Part shown: positions 42,265-54,120 of the stretch, piece by piece
Layout: each line of letters begins with the position of its first letter
How positions within the stretch are numbered: the first letter of the stretch is position 1
Made by a program: the position numbers and the translations under genes
NCBI GenBank assembly: GCA_010093705.1
Contig: MU006101.1
Location: 248,001 to 312,000 of the forward strand
DNA from: Patellaria atrata CBS 101060
Lineage: Eukaryota
Direction: 5' to 3'
DNA: 64,000 nucleotides
The notes under the pieces: generated by a model
Databases searched by the model: none
What the model was told of the DNA's origin: nothing
Seen by the model: the letters and a program-made list of their open reading frames with translations, nothing else

Positions 42265-43492
42265 GTGTGAAGGTTTGTATTGGAAATTCCTAATGCTTTT
42301 CATGACTTCTAGATAGGGTATGTAGGATTCTACATCAGTTTTATGCAGGCGGGTGGAATTCGTGAAGTTGCTGCGAGTGAAGTTTACGTTGAGTGTTGGT
42401 GTATACTCTTAATTTGAGAGTATCGTCCTTGGGGATACGCCCTGACTTTCTCTAGTTTGTTCCGTTACTATTTGATGGTCTCATACTTCGCATACAACTA
42501 TTGGCTCGACCCCTTCATCGGAGTTATCATGTAATGATACTTCATGTTTGACATCTACGGGTTATAACCCCATTTCGTATTCAAAATAGCTTCCCAGTCC
42601 ATAAGCCATATAACGACCCCCCAAAAAGGCGTGTAACAAAAGAAATATAAGCAAAAAATATAATACCCCCCTTATAATGATTGTATTGTCAAGAAGAGCG
42701 TGGTAAGTCCTACCTTATGAAGAGTAACTAAGAGGTATGCTATCTAGTATTACTCGGCAAACCTTATGAATACTCTTGTTGATCTATAGCATTTGAGTTC
42801 TATACTGCTGATTCATGTAATATCCACGGGTTATACTGATACGTCTCCGATATTTGCTATTTGGTAGGCGGTATACACACTTATTCAACTTTCCCCCTCC
42901 CTCATTCTATATTATCTATATGGTATCAAAGATCTCTCTAGTAAATTAGTCTGTTACAGATGAAGCACAGTGACGGCATTAAGGTGTACGCAGGCATGTC
43001 CTAAAATGAACGAGGAGTGCTGTGTAAAAAGACGAGGTGTTCTCTACCTTAGAAACCGACGGTAGACATTTGCTGTATGACGAATGTACAAATCCGAAGT
43101 TAGCCAACCCGAGTAATACCCTATGTAGTACACTAAAGTTGGATCACGCCACAAGCTCCAGTTCGGATGACGGGAGCCACTGTACCATACATGAATCCTA
43201 AAGAAGCAGACTCGCCATGCTAATCAGAGCGATGGTGAAGACTCCCAATCCCCAGTTCCGCACGGTTATTCTACTTAAACCCGTAGCAGCCTCATCCTAT
43301 CTCTAACACCATATCTTATAAAACATACAGGAAGTCAATACTACCCTTCAGCCCAAGTAACTCTATGGTACCCTCTAATAAATCTATTTCCCCCAAGATC
43401 TACGCTCCCGTAAGCGCAATCTTACGCAATTCCCGCTCAAGCTCCCAATCCACTATGATATAAAGGCCATAATGCGCTCCTCATTTCATCAA

Positions 43493-43615
43493 TCTGCCGT
43501 GGCCCAGTGGTAGGACACGTCCAGCGCGTTTTCCCCCGCTCGTTTACGAGTTTGGTTCAGGATTACCCTACGAGGCCGAGGTATGATTCATTGCGGCAGA
43601 TTCCTTTTTTTTTTT
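43493..43615 (+). ncRNA. tRNA-like RNA polymerase III element (atypical or pseudo-tRNA)
   Basis: Terminal stem TCTGCCG (43493) / CGGCAGA (43594-43600); A-box TGGCCCAGTGG; degenerate B-box GGTATGATTC; T11 run at 43605; TATAAA about 30 bp upstream; anticodon not assignable. Confidence 0.5.
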
Positions 43616-44165
43616 GTTTTTTTGCGTTGGTTCACTTTTTGGGGTTCTTTTTGGGGTTCTGGAGAGAAATAGGGGGTGAGGGTGATGGGGGGGATCGAGG
43701 TATGGGTTGGGGATATCGGAAGTTGAGCGGATGATGGAGTCGGGCTGAAAGGAAGGTCGGATGGGTTTTCAGAAGTGCTGTGTGAGGGTGTTATCAATGG
43801 TGGCGTGGCAATGGCCCTCGGGATTCGAAATATAACATACTTACCTGATAACCCTCTTAACCTCCCACCGAACTGTTTTGTGAGAGAGGGTTTAGCGATA
43901 ATGCTTGAAGAGATTGGAGAGGAGGAAGTAGTGGAGGAGAGTTTCCCTTCCCGGCGTTAAATCAAATTGGAAAGTCACCCCACAGTTGCACTCTGGATCC
44001 AGTAATCGATGGGGGAAACCGATCCGAGGAACGGTTAAGCTAGGGGTTCCAGTAATTTCTGCGCTTTGTAACGTGCCTTGATAATTATCGTTAGAGACTT
44101 GGTTAAGGGGTAAATGTTTGTCTTCTCCTATCTCTTGTACTATCGATCTCCCTATTCTGAACGCA

Positions 44166-45052
44166 CTATTGCTGCTTCCTAAACCGCAACTTTCTCCTCT
44201 CCATCCACCTTTGCCACCCCGCTTCAACAAGATCCTCCTCGACCACCAAATCCCTCACCCTAAACACCCTCGCGACCCACGTCTCCAGGCCCCACTGCAC
44301 CCAGCCTGCCGATCTCAACCAAGTCGTCACCCCGAACCACAATAGTGCGAAAGTCGCCCCGGCGCCCACACCAACAAGTACCTGTTTCCGAGTGTGGTAG
44401 TTGAGATACATACGTGATGCGGCCACTAGAGAGGCGCCTAGTAGCGAGAGGAGGGAGAGTAAACCCCGCTGGAGGAGGGTGAGGTGGGAGTGCTCGATGG
44501 AGGTGCTTGGATTGGGAGAGTGTTTATGACGGAAGAGCAGGAAGAGGGAGAGAGAGAGGGAGAAGAAGGTTACGAATTGAGCGTGGGAGGAGGGCATGCC
44601 GTAGCCTTTGCCGTTCATTTCTGTGGGGAGGGGTTAGTGGGGGTTTATATAGGGGGTATATTTGAGAGATGGGGTAAACTGAAGATATAGGGCTAAAGGT
44701 GTGGATGGGAGCTGAGTTGATTGTCGAAGAAGAAGAGAATCAATATATAGAGGTGGGAGAACTGACGAGGGGGTCGCTCCTCTTTAATCCACCGCTTCAA
44801 GCCCCAATTCAAGACTTCGCATGTCATTTGGCCGATGAACATGAATATGATTTCAATCTCGCGTGTCGACCATATCAGAGTAGCATATACCATACAAAGC
44901 TCTTGTGGTACTAGTGCAAGCCAGGCGCAAAGATATGAGATTCTATCGTGTGGATTCTACAGTTGTTTAGTAACGCTGAATAGGAGATGGAGAAGCAAGC
45001 TTACGTAGTGAATGTGAGTGAGCGAAAAAGAGGCTAACGGAGCATCTTCCAT
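44166..45052 (-). CDS. CAX4: Dolichyl pyrophosphate phosphatase (PAP2 family), multi-exon
   Basis: MEDAPLASFSLTHIHY|NPHDRISYLCAWLALVP, KRWIKEERP, GYGMPSSHAQF and SRMYLNYHT. Confidence 0.93.
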
Positions 45053-45459
45053 GTTGGAGTTTTGTCAAAGACTACCTTGCTCTTGAAGCTGAACAAGGAG
45101 TGAAGGACTCTGGAGACAGTTTGTGGTGTAGTAGATATTGGGTATCACGGGTATGTTTCACCTTCGCTTAAGTGCCGTTTGGGCTTCCGTAGCGCTAACT
45201 TTTGCCGACGGCGATGTCATTTTCCGACCACCTTCAACTTATTGGACTCACCACCGAGAATTACCCTTACAATAGCTCTGTACTGCTATTGTCGACCCCA
45301 GCCACCCTTTTTTTCTTGTAGCTTCCAAAGATTCGACACTCTTGAGTGAGCTGCTCGGATTCACTCATCTTTTCTTTACAACGTTCTTATTACTTCTCAC
45401 TTTACAACTCAACAATATCCGTTCGTCCGTTCACGTATCAGTCGCCACTCTACAGTCTC

Positions 45460-47130
45460 ATGGCAGAGGTTCAGAATGAAGACGAACGCGAAGAAGAATT
45501 ATCATCCATCGCAGCCATATTTCCAGAGCTAGAAATCGACCCTATTAACCCATTTTCCGCATCTATTAGCATACCTGTAGCGCCCGAGTCACCCTTAACC
45601 GTCCGCTTTCAAATCGCAACAGAGGAAGCCCTTCCTACCGCTCCACCTACCCCTCCTGATTCCGACGATGGCCACGGCGTACATCTTCCCGACTTCTCCG
45701 CGAAGGACGAGACACATCATCTATCCAATCTCCCGCCATTGCGACTTGAGATAACACTGCCAAATGGCTACCCTTCCGAGAAACCACCGCAGTTCTCGAT
45801 TACTACATCCCCCAACTGGATTCCGGAGTCTTCATTACAAACATTGAAAGACGAAGGTTTCGCTCTTTGGGAAGAATATGCCCATGGTCAGGTCGTATAC
45901 GCACAGATCGACTTCCTACAGCAGGCAGCCGAACGTTCGTTCGACATAGGAGAGATTAGATTACCAATGGATATGAAGCTGGCGCTTCTTGATTTTGATA
46001 TCAAAACTAAGCGCGAGAAATTTGAGAAAGAGACGTTTGAGTGCGGTGTCTGTCTGGAGCCGAAGAAGGGAGCTGCATGCTATCGAGTGCAGAAATGCGG
46101 CCACGTGTTTTGCGTACAGTGCTTACAAGATTTCTACAACAGTTGCATCACCGAGGGTGATGTAGCTAATGTTAAATGTATGGATTCGACATGCGGGAAA
46201 GAACCTGCTGTCCGCGGAGCTCCGCGTCGGTATAAGAAAGAAAAGACCCTCAACCCTAGCGAATTGCTACGGATTCCTCTCGGGGAATCAACGGTTCGTC
46301 GCTACGTGGAGTTGAAGCGCAAGAAAAAACTAGAGTCAGATAAAAGCACGATCTACTGCCCCAGGAATTGGTGTCAGGGACCCGCCAGATCAGACAAATA
46401 CCCAAAAATCACGGATCTTTCACTCGCGCTCGACTCGGAGTCGGATGACGAAGGACCCGCTCCACCCCAACGCAGTAACGGCTCCCCCACCGACAAAAAG
46501 TCCCCAGAGACACTCGACCGCCTCTCCATCTGCGAAGACTGCAACTTCGCATTCTGTCGTATCTGCAAAGCCAGCTGGCACGGCGACCTCGTACGCTGCT
46601 GGCCGCGCGACGCCACCGAGCTCTCCACCGAAGAGCAAGCCTCCTATGACTACATCCGTCTGCACACGTCGCCGTGCCCGACCTGCAACAGCGCCACTCA
46701 GAAGACGCATGGCTGCAACCACATGAGCTGCTTCCAGTGCCGCACCCACTTCTGCTATCTCTGCGGCGCCTGGCTCGACCCGGGAAATCCGTATAAGCAC
46801 TTCAACCAGAAGGGCAAGGAGTGCTATCAGCGTCTGTGGGATCTCGAAGCCGGGGATAATGGTGGGGCCTTTGTGGTTGGGGCTAGGGGGTTTGAGCACC
46901 AAGCTGAAGCGGAGGCGGCAGCGATTGCGGCGGTTGCGGAACCGGTGGTTGAAGAGCAGGTTGAGGAGGAGCTGATCGTGAGACACGTCGCGGATTTGAG
47001 GGTCGATGAGCAGCAGTGGCAGGTTGCGCTACAGAGGTTTTTGCACATGGCGAGGAATGATGAGGAGGATGGTTGGGATAGCGATGAGCTGGAAGGTGCA
47101 AACGAGGGATTCGCGATTCCAGATAGGTGA
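45460..47130 (+). CDS. ITT1: RWD-domain RBR E3 ubiquitin ligase (Itt1/RNF14-like)
   Basis: RWD domain (EREEELSSIAAIFPE..LPNGYPSEKPP), RING1 CGVCL..CGHVFC, IBR, RING2 CPTC..KTHGCNHMSC..HFCYLC. Confidence 0.9.
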   Translation: MAEVQNEDEREEELSSIAAIFPELEIDPINPFSASISIPVAPESPLTVRFQIATEEALPTAPPTPPDSDDGHGVHLPDFSAKDETHHLSNLPPLRLEITLPNGYPSEKPPQFSITTSPNWIPESSLQTLKDEGFALWEEYAHGQVVYAQIDFLQQAAERSFDIGEIRLPMDMKLALLDFDIKTKREKFEKETFECGVCLEPKKGAACYRVQKCGHVFCVQCLQDFYNSCITEGDVANVKCMDSTCGKEPAVRGAPRRYKKEKTLNPSELLRIPLGESTVRRYVELKRKKKLESDKSTIYCPRNWCQGPARSDKYPKITDLSLALDSESDDEGPAPPQRSNGSPTDKKSPETLDRLSICEDCNFAFCRICKASWHGDLVRCWPRDATELSTEEQASYDYIRLHTSPCPTCNSATQKTHGCNHMSCFQCRTHFCYLCGAWLDPGNPYKHFNQKGKECYQRLWDLEAGDNGGAFVVGARGFEHQAEAEAAAIAAVAEPVVEEQVEEELIVRHVADLRVDEQQWQVALQRFLHMARNDEEDGWDSDELEGANEGFAIPDR

Positions 47131-47644
47131 TTTACCTTACGGATTTCCTAACGTGAGTGTCGCGTGAGGTAAACCCTGTGGATGGTTCTTGGGTGCGCAC
47201 GATGAATGAATGATGATGCATGGGGTCTGGCGTATAGCGATTAGGTTATCGGGTGTTAGGATACCTAGGTCGCACTCATATTCCTCTCTTTGAATGGGAC
47301 ACTTTAGCTTATTGAAGAACCAAACTGTTTACTTAATAATATGTCCCAAGCTCATATCAGTACCCATCAAATCCACCCCTAATCTGGACAGATTATGTTC
47401 AGTCCAGTGTTTGCACGCGGCACGATCAATTTTAAGCTCACGAGCGATCTCGAAGCATACTGTAGAACTAGTTCTATAGCAACGAAACTACCCCATCACA
47501 TGAAGGTACAGTAGCAACCATGCCACAAAGTTCCATCGCATAGGTATCCCCTTTACTATTAATTCCCTCATTACATCTCAACCATCACGCCCCCCAAAAC
47601 CCAAACAACCCACCTCCCCCCTTTTCCCACCTAAACTCCAAACC

Positions 47645-49240
47645 CTAATCCCAATAACTCCCCACGCTCGGCCCAACCCACCCCCCCCCCCCCCCCATCC
47701 AAACCTCCGGCCACGTCCCCTCCCTCCCCGCGGGCCTCTCAACATCCCGCGCAAACCTACCTGCAACCCCCCAATCTCCCATCCCGGAACTCGGATAACA
47801 CGATCCCCTCACAGCCGGCAATCCCACCCGCCTTCGCAGCGCATTAAACGCCTCTCTATGTCCCCCGCTCCCCGCGAGATCGACGGGCATGTAGCCCGCC
47901 TTGTTCCTCGGCGTCGGTTTCGCACCCGCCTGGAGCAGGAGTTCGAGGACAGGCACGTTGTTCGCCCACGCCGCGAGGTGCAGCGGCGTGTTGCCCAGCG
48001 CGTCGGGGACGTCGAGGTCGAGGTGGGCGTGGAGGAGTGCGCGGACGCAGGGAGAGGGGAGCTTGGCGGCGTGGTGGAGGGGCGTGCGGGCGTCGGAGTC
48101 CGGACGGGCGGGGTCGGCGCCTGCGTCTAGCAGGGTTGTGATGTTTGTGGACTGGGAGGACAGGATGGCGTGGTGGAGTGGTGTTTTGGCAACGCCGTCG
48201 GGGAGGTTCGGGTCCGCGCCGCGGTTGAGGAGAACGTGCAGGAGAGCCGGGGTCGGGTAGCGGGCTGCGATGTGGATTGGGGCGAGTGTTTCGGTGCCTA
48301 TGGGGCCGAGGACGTTGGGATGGGCGCCGGAGGTGAGGAGGTGGGTTGCGAAGGGGAGGTTGGCGGTGGATGTGGCGAGGAGGAGGGGTGGGGTGCGGGT
48401 TGTCGGATGGTTGGGGGAGGCGCCGTGGGTAAGGAGGAGGGAGAATGCGGGCGTGTTGGAGAGGCGGATAGAGGCGCAGAGGAAGAGTTCGCCGCCCGAG
48501 GAACCGTTAGGGTCGGCACCGGCTTCGAGGAGGGTCTGGACGTGGTTAGTATGGTCGGCGCTGTTGATGGCCCAACTTAGGGTGTGGTTGAGGGTTTCGG
48601 GAGTTAAGGTTTTGCAGATGTCGGTGAATTCGTTGAGGGTGAGATAGGGCCAGATGCGTTTCATTTGCCAGGCTATGGAGTCGAAGAACTCTTCTTTTCG
48701 TGCTTTGGTGAGGATAGGGGCCAGCATGTCTTTCTTGTCCTCATCTTGCCTATGACTGTCTGTGATGCTCCACATGCAGTGGAGGTAGTCTGGGGTAGCT
48801 AGTGCGGGTACAACACCACGTGAAAGGAGAGATTCGATGAGGCTTTTTGTGCCGAGTGTACAGGCTTCGTAAAGTTCTTTTTTAGATGCTGGGCTGGGTT
48901 TCAGCTTTGGTATATGTATGTTCGAGAATACCCCTTTAGAAGGGGTATTATCTCTTGAAACCACTCTTGCTGGATGGACTTGCGTTCCCGCTGAGCCTGT
49001 TGTGCTGGATATCTTTGCTGGTGGCTTCGGCACTTTTGACCGACCAGTTGATGTGGTTATCCCAGATGGCGATTGAGTGTTTTCTGTTATGGTACATTTT
49101 GAACCCCGGAAAACTGTAGGTGTGGAGTTTGATCCTGTAACATTTGTACTTGTCGATGTGGGACTGGCCTCGCTATCTTTCTTTCTCTTGATCTTAAACT
49201 TGCCTGCCGACCTCACCATCAGCTCTTTTAACCTAGGCAT
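47645..49240 (-). CDS. Ankyrin-repeat protein with Ser/Thr-rich disordered N-terminus
   Basis: About 7 ankyrin repeats (TPLHHA, GNTPLHLAA, GADPN); the extreme C-terminus crosses a long C homopolymer and is uncertain. Confidence 0.9.
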   Translation of the reverse strand: MPRLKELMVRSAGKFKIKRKKDSEASPTSTSTNVTGSNSTPTVFRGSKCTITENTQSPSGITTSTGRSKVPKPPAKISSTTGSAGTQVHPARVVSRDNTPSKGVFSNIHIPKLKPSPASKKELYEACTLGTKSLIESLLSRGVVPALATPDYLHCMWSITDSHRQDEDKKDMLAPILTKARKEEFFDSIAWQMKRIWPYLTLNEFTDICKTLTPETLNHTLSWAINSADHTNHVQTLLEAGADPNGSSGGELFLCASIRLSNTPAFSLLLTHGASPNHPTTRTPPLLLATSTANLPFATHLLTSGAHPNVLGPIGTETLAPIHIAARYPTPALLHVLLNRGADPNLPDGVAKTPLHHAILSSQSTNITTLLDAGADPARPDSDARTPLHHAAKLPSPCVRALLHAHLDLDVPDALGNTPLHLAAWANNVPVLELLLQAGAKPTPRNKAGYMPVDLAGSGGHREAFNALRRRVGLPAVRGSCYPSSGMGDWGVAGRFARDVERPAGREGTWPEVWMGGGGGWVGPSVGSYWD

Positions 49241-50029
49241 AATGAATTGCTAAGCATTGAACATGGACACAAAAACTAAGTGGAAGAGCCCTAATTTCAA
49301 ATCCAGAAATTCGATATGGTAATGATCTTCTCCCTGTCATGATTACCATGTTCCGGTCTCTATACGATTGCTGAACAACTATTAGTAGGTTGTCCAGCTC
49401 TTTTATTCAGAATTAAGACTTGTGTACCGTCCAGACAGGGACGCTTGTGTTGACCTTCCTGGACAGTAAAGTAAAGTATCAAAGGTCCCTTGAAGATGAA
49501 TAGTAGGGAAGAATTGCTAATAAAGGGATAGGATTGGATTGATGATAAAGGCATTGGATCTGCCTTGACATCTCACGATACCCATCCCCGCATATTGTGG
49601 CGTTAGACAATTCTTCCTTTTGATCGCTTTTCTCGCATTCAAGCCGCTCGGTCCCTCTTAATTCGACAATTTCACATAGAATGTGGCTGGCAAAAGTCTT
49701 GTTGCAGCAATGTACGATAGGGATAACTAATCATTCCGACTGGTAAACAGAAATAGAGGTAGTGTTATGTATACTCAATAATGTAAGTTACAAGAAATTT
49801 GTAAGCCAAAAAAAAATTATTTAAGAATTAAATTGAAGAAAAGAAAGGAATTGAACCGTGTGCAGAGAAGGTAGTCTAATAATAGCATATCATCCCGCTA
49901 TTCTGTTGTCGTCTCTAGTTGCAGAAGTTTCACCTTTCAACTTCCGCTCATTTTCTAAACCGACACGTACTTTTGAAAATACTGAAAAAATTCAAATTCC
50001 CCCCGAAATGTACCGTTGAATCTCCGAGT

Positions 50030-51709
50030 ATGGCGCTAGTATTGAAGACGAAATTCAAGAAATTAACGGAGCGTCCGTCAAAAAGCAACACTGCATCCGA
50101 ACATGCGATACCGACATCAGAGATAATCGGTTCTACAGCACAGGTGGACTCTTCGTCTTTTCGTTTTTCCAGGAAGCGTAGAGAGATAAGTTCTCAGAAA
50201 ACTGCTTCAACTCCTTCTCTTACACCAATCATCGGGGAACAGACCCGGAAGGTGACTATTTCAAACCCGAATGACAAGAACAAGCCGGTAGTATCATCTA
50301 GTTCCTCCAACCAGCCAGTTTCAAATGGACCAGTTCCAAATCAACTGGCTCCAAGTCAACCAGTTGCCAATCAACCAATTGCGAATAAATCCATCAAACT
50401 TCAATCCAAAGATCCGCCAACACAGATAGATAATCCAGAGCCATCAGACAGTAAGGATAATCGCCAAGTACTTACTCTAAGGGATACTATTCCAGCCTCG
50501 GGTTACACGGAAGCCGAATTAGCAGAGAAAGAGCGCCAGAAAACCTTGAAACTACTAAGAAGTGAGCGGAACGCATTGATAAGACAGGGCGAATATTTAT
50601 GGATGGATCATGTAAATGATCCGCAACCGTCACCGACTCCCGTAAATAGATGCTTGCAGGAAGAAACATCAGACCTAAGAGAGCCTATGGTAGTAAAAAC
50701 ATCGCCACCAAGAGAACCTGCGATAGTAAGAGGCCCGCTGCAAACTGAACCTGCGATCATAAATGGACCACCACCAAAGGTGCCTATAATAATCGAAACT
50801 CATCTCCCCAAGACCGAGGGGTCAAACAGACCGAAGTCGAAGAGTAGCTCATTCCTATCGTGCGTTACTCGCGGTTTCCCGAAGTCGTCGGCGAAATCAT
50901 CATCATCCAGTGTTACTCAAGGTCGATCCCCGGTTAAAGAAAGCATAAGCCCCGCCATACCACCAGTACCTAGAGACGAATGCTACATTCTCATCGTTGG
51001 TGGCGGTGCCGGCGACAATTGGGGTGCCGGAGACGGTTCGAATTGGGCGAACCTCTTCTCCAGGTCGTTCTTCGGCCATTACTTCGATTCCGAAGCCGCT
51101 GTGGATCCTAGTCGTCCCTCAGCTCGTTGGGATAATGTCGGACCGTATAGTCAAATCTCGAGACGTGTAGGAACAGTGGACGGTAAAAGTTGTCTTGTAA
51201 CAGTTGATCATTACTGCAATTCACTCACCTACAGCACCAGCGCTGCTCAGAGGGCATGGAGAGAGAAATTAGTGGCAAAAGCAGATGTTGTCATATTCGT
51301 CTATAACGCCTACGTCCGCCGGTCCATTGAAATGCTGGAGCCTTTCGTTGAAGAAATGAGAGCGATAAGGGAACGAGAAGTAAAGACAGGGTTTCTAGTG
51401 GGATGTTATAGAGATGACACTTATGCACCTCCATGTATTTGGCCAGACATGGGAGAAGAGATGGCCGAAAAGTTGGGCGTCCGATTTCGGGAAATGATAC
51501 CGACATCCTTCGCAGTTGGTGACTTGATGCCAGACGCCGTCCGAGGCCATCGTGGGATCCTTGCTATACGGGCCAGCGCCATCTCAGAATTAAAGACCCT
51601 CAATGTTCCAGGCAACACGCTAGTGGAAGAAAAGATAATTGATAATAATGACGAAGAAAAGAAGACAGAGAAAATCCCGGATACGAAGAGACAGATAGTA
51701 CTAGCATAA
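50030..51709 (+). CDS. Protein with long disordered N-terminus and C-terminal degenerate Ras-like domain
   Basis: First ATG in the ORF at 50030; YILIVGGG..RRVGTVDGKSCLVTVD..KADVVIFVYN..RRSIEML..FLVGCYRD..GEEMAEKLGVRFRE follows the Ras strand/helix order. Confidence 0.75.
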   Translation: MALVLKTKFKKLTERPSKSNTASEHAIPTSEIIGSTAQVDSSSFRFSRKRREISSQKTASTPSLTPIIGEQTRKVTISNPNDKNKPVVSSSSSNQPVSNGPVPNQLAPSQPVANQPIANKSIKLQSKDPPTQIDNPEPSDSKDNRQVLTLRDTIPASGYTEAELAEKERQKTLKLLRSERNALIRQGEYLWMDHVNDPQPSPTPVNRCLQEETSDLREPMVVKTSPPREPAIVRGPLQTEPAIINGPPPKVPIIIETHLPKTEGSNRPKSKSSSFLSCVTRGFPKSSAKSSSSSVTQGRSPVKESISPAIPPVPRDECYILIVGGGAGDNWGAGDGSNWANLFSRSFFGHYFDSEAAVDPSRPSARWDNVGPYSQISRRVGTVDGKSCLVTVDHYCNSLTYSTSAAQRAWREKLVAKADVVIFVYNAYVRRSIEMLEPFVEEMRAIREREVKTGFLVGCYRDDTYAPPCIWPDMGEEMAEKLGVRFREMIPTSFAVGDLMPDAVRGHRGILAIRASAISELKTLNVPGNTLVEEKIIDNNDEEKKTEKIPDTKRQIVLA

Positions 51710-52337
51710 GATACTGAGGGAAAGATATCAGTACCGACTACACCGTTGTCATTTCCCGTCGCCGCTTTCTTCGGCTACTGTACGGTTACCTTCGTTACGT
51801 TGTTGGTCTACAAATCATGTACAAGCGGCTTCAAAACACAAACCCAAGGGGATAGTCCATGAAAGCTAAGCATATAGACCTTCTTACGGTACGCTTATTC
51901 TCAAAGGTGGTTCCCACCTTCGATGTGGGAAGGTCAAAATGTATGGATGATGCCCCAGCCATAGGTAAGACCTGAACGTACAGTGAGCCAGTTTTGTGGT
52001 TTCAGTTCATAATCCGGAATGAGCACTCTCCGTGATTGTTATCCAACAAGCGTACAAGAGATGAGGAATGCCAAAGATGATGGAATACGCATGGTGACAG
52101 TGTTTGATCACGCTGTACGAAAACTCAATCACAACGACGCTGCTTGACTCAAACTCATGTGCCCACAGTATCATCATTTGAAGCTCATGCGCTACATCAA
52201 TAGTTTGAGTATCAGATTTGTGGATGTTCAACATGAGAAAACTAAGATAAGGTTAGAGCTCAGAACCCCACTACGCCAATCCCCCAATCCACAAGATCTA
52301 CACCCGACTACCTATATCGGATCTTAATACATCAAAC

Positions 52338-53244
52338 TTGAATAGAAACGACAATGTCCATTTGGGAGGTGTGACTGCTCGTCAATCGAAACCATTCGAT
52401 TCATCTGCAACTAAATTTCCGTCCCGCACAGAACCAGTGGGGAACACTGTACGAAAGGTTTCTCGACCTAAACAGACCGCTGGACGCTCATCGCCACTCC
52501 TTCCTATTGATGAAAGATCATTGTCGAGGGAGGAGGTTGCTCGAAGTAAGGAAGAAAAGCCACCACGACCAAATCCAACTGCTAGACGTGGAACAGCCAC
52601 AAGGGGCGGCCGTAGAGGAAGAGGAGGTACTATTAGAGCTACATCTAGGCTCAAACGTGAACTGACTCATGAATATGATGCCCTGGAAGAGCTCATAAAT
52701 GGACTTGATCAATACGAACACGAATATTCGTACGGTTACAAAATCTCGAGCACGCCGTCAAGTTTTTCACCAACTCTTAAATCCTCCAGTGGGCTTGGTC
52801 TCATCAACGAGCGATATCACATCAAATGCCCTGACCTTCTTGAATGGGATTACGACGTGGATTCATTTACTCTCATCCTTACCCTAGACGGTGATACCAT
52901 CTGGGGCGCATATGATTTTGGTATGTTTGAAGGTCTCATATTCATACCTAACCGTCCGTGGGAAGGGTACACTATCATATACGAGTTCACGTGGAAAGGT
53001 AGGGAGAATAGTGAGGGGGTTATATCATATAATACTCGTTATCAGACAGATGCGATCAGGTTTTTAGGTGATGGTCAGATAACTGGAATATTCGAAATCT
53101 TTACTGGGACGAAGTCAGATTCCGCGGTGTTCGGGTAAGCGGTCAGGAAGCTAGGAGCGAACGTAGTGCGGTGAGCTTGCAGGATCAGTGGGAAGAATAC
53201 AGCTACGAAAACTATGACCGGGAGAGAGTGGGGGGGTGGAGATG
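52338..53244 (+). pseudogene. Conserved-looking fungal hypothetical protein, frameshifted (pseudogene or sequence error)
   Basis: GLGLINERYHI..LILTLDGDTIWGAYDFGMFEG..FTWKGRE; a natural-looking C-terminus FRGVRVSG..QWEEYSYENYDRERVGGWR* lies in a shifted frame; no in-frame ATG at the 5' end. Confidence 0.5.
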
Positions 53245-54120
53245 ACGGTACCAACTCATATTGTATCTTGAGCAAACTGGGCCCGATGTAAGCTTTGGAT
53301 ATAGGGACGAGTCGATGTATAATTGGGTATTTGGTTGTAAACTTGATTTCAATTGACTGTGTATTTGAAAGGATAGACAGCATGTGTGAGGTATATCAAC
53401 AATCCAAAACGAAAAATCCAAAACGAAACGGGTATATATGCTAAGGTCATAGTCAGATACATGACCTTCAGTACTAAATAAATAACCATAACGGGGTTGG
53501 TTTGAGAAACTTTCCCCAAGGTACGTGTGCATAACCCCGCAAATTGATTATCAGGGTGCATGATGAATACGGCATCCAACTACTCCTGTTCTTGATTTCC
53601 ACGCCGCATAGAGCACCATCAACATTCCCACATTTGGAAGAATGCTGTGAATACTAGCAACGTGCAATGCTCCTCGGAACCTCCGACCTATTGGCTTCTC
53701 TCTCATTGGAAGCAACATTAATCCTCCCAATATGACTGATACTGGCAACCCCCCGGGGCGGAACGGAGATCATAAGAAAGAGGAGTCGATTTGAAGTCAT
53801 CTTAGTGAGATAAATCGAGCTCTATCACTTCCGTTCATTACTCTCACAGTATAAAGTCTCCAGTAATAGATCAATCCCGGAAATGCAGTATGTCGATCAC
53901 CAACATCTCAGCTGACAATGCAGAATAGTCGAATTCCGATGTGTCAGATTTCAAAGAAACGCTGTATCCTACCAATAGATGTAACATAGCGAATATAAAT
54001 ATTTGCGAGGTGCTTTCGACGGGGACTGAGAGTACCTTACTCACCATCTCCATCTCCATCTCCTCACGTCATAAACTCGTTCGGATCCTTCAAAATTCAA
54101 AAAAGAATTTAACAAACAAA

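Noticed and set aside
43540..43570. TCA triplet suggesting a selenocysteine or suppressor tRNA
   Set aside because: No convincing anticodon stem-loop around it
47858..48647. Multiple overlapping plus-strand ORFs
   Set aside because: Antisense shadows of the GC-rich ankyrin gene; the same applies to shadow ORFs over actin, DHR1, ITT1 and the DUF4804 gene
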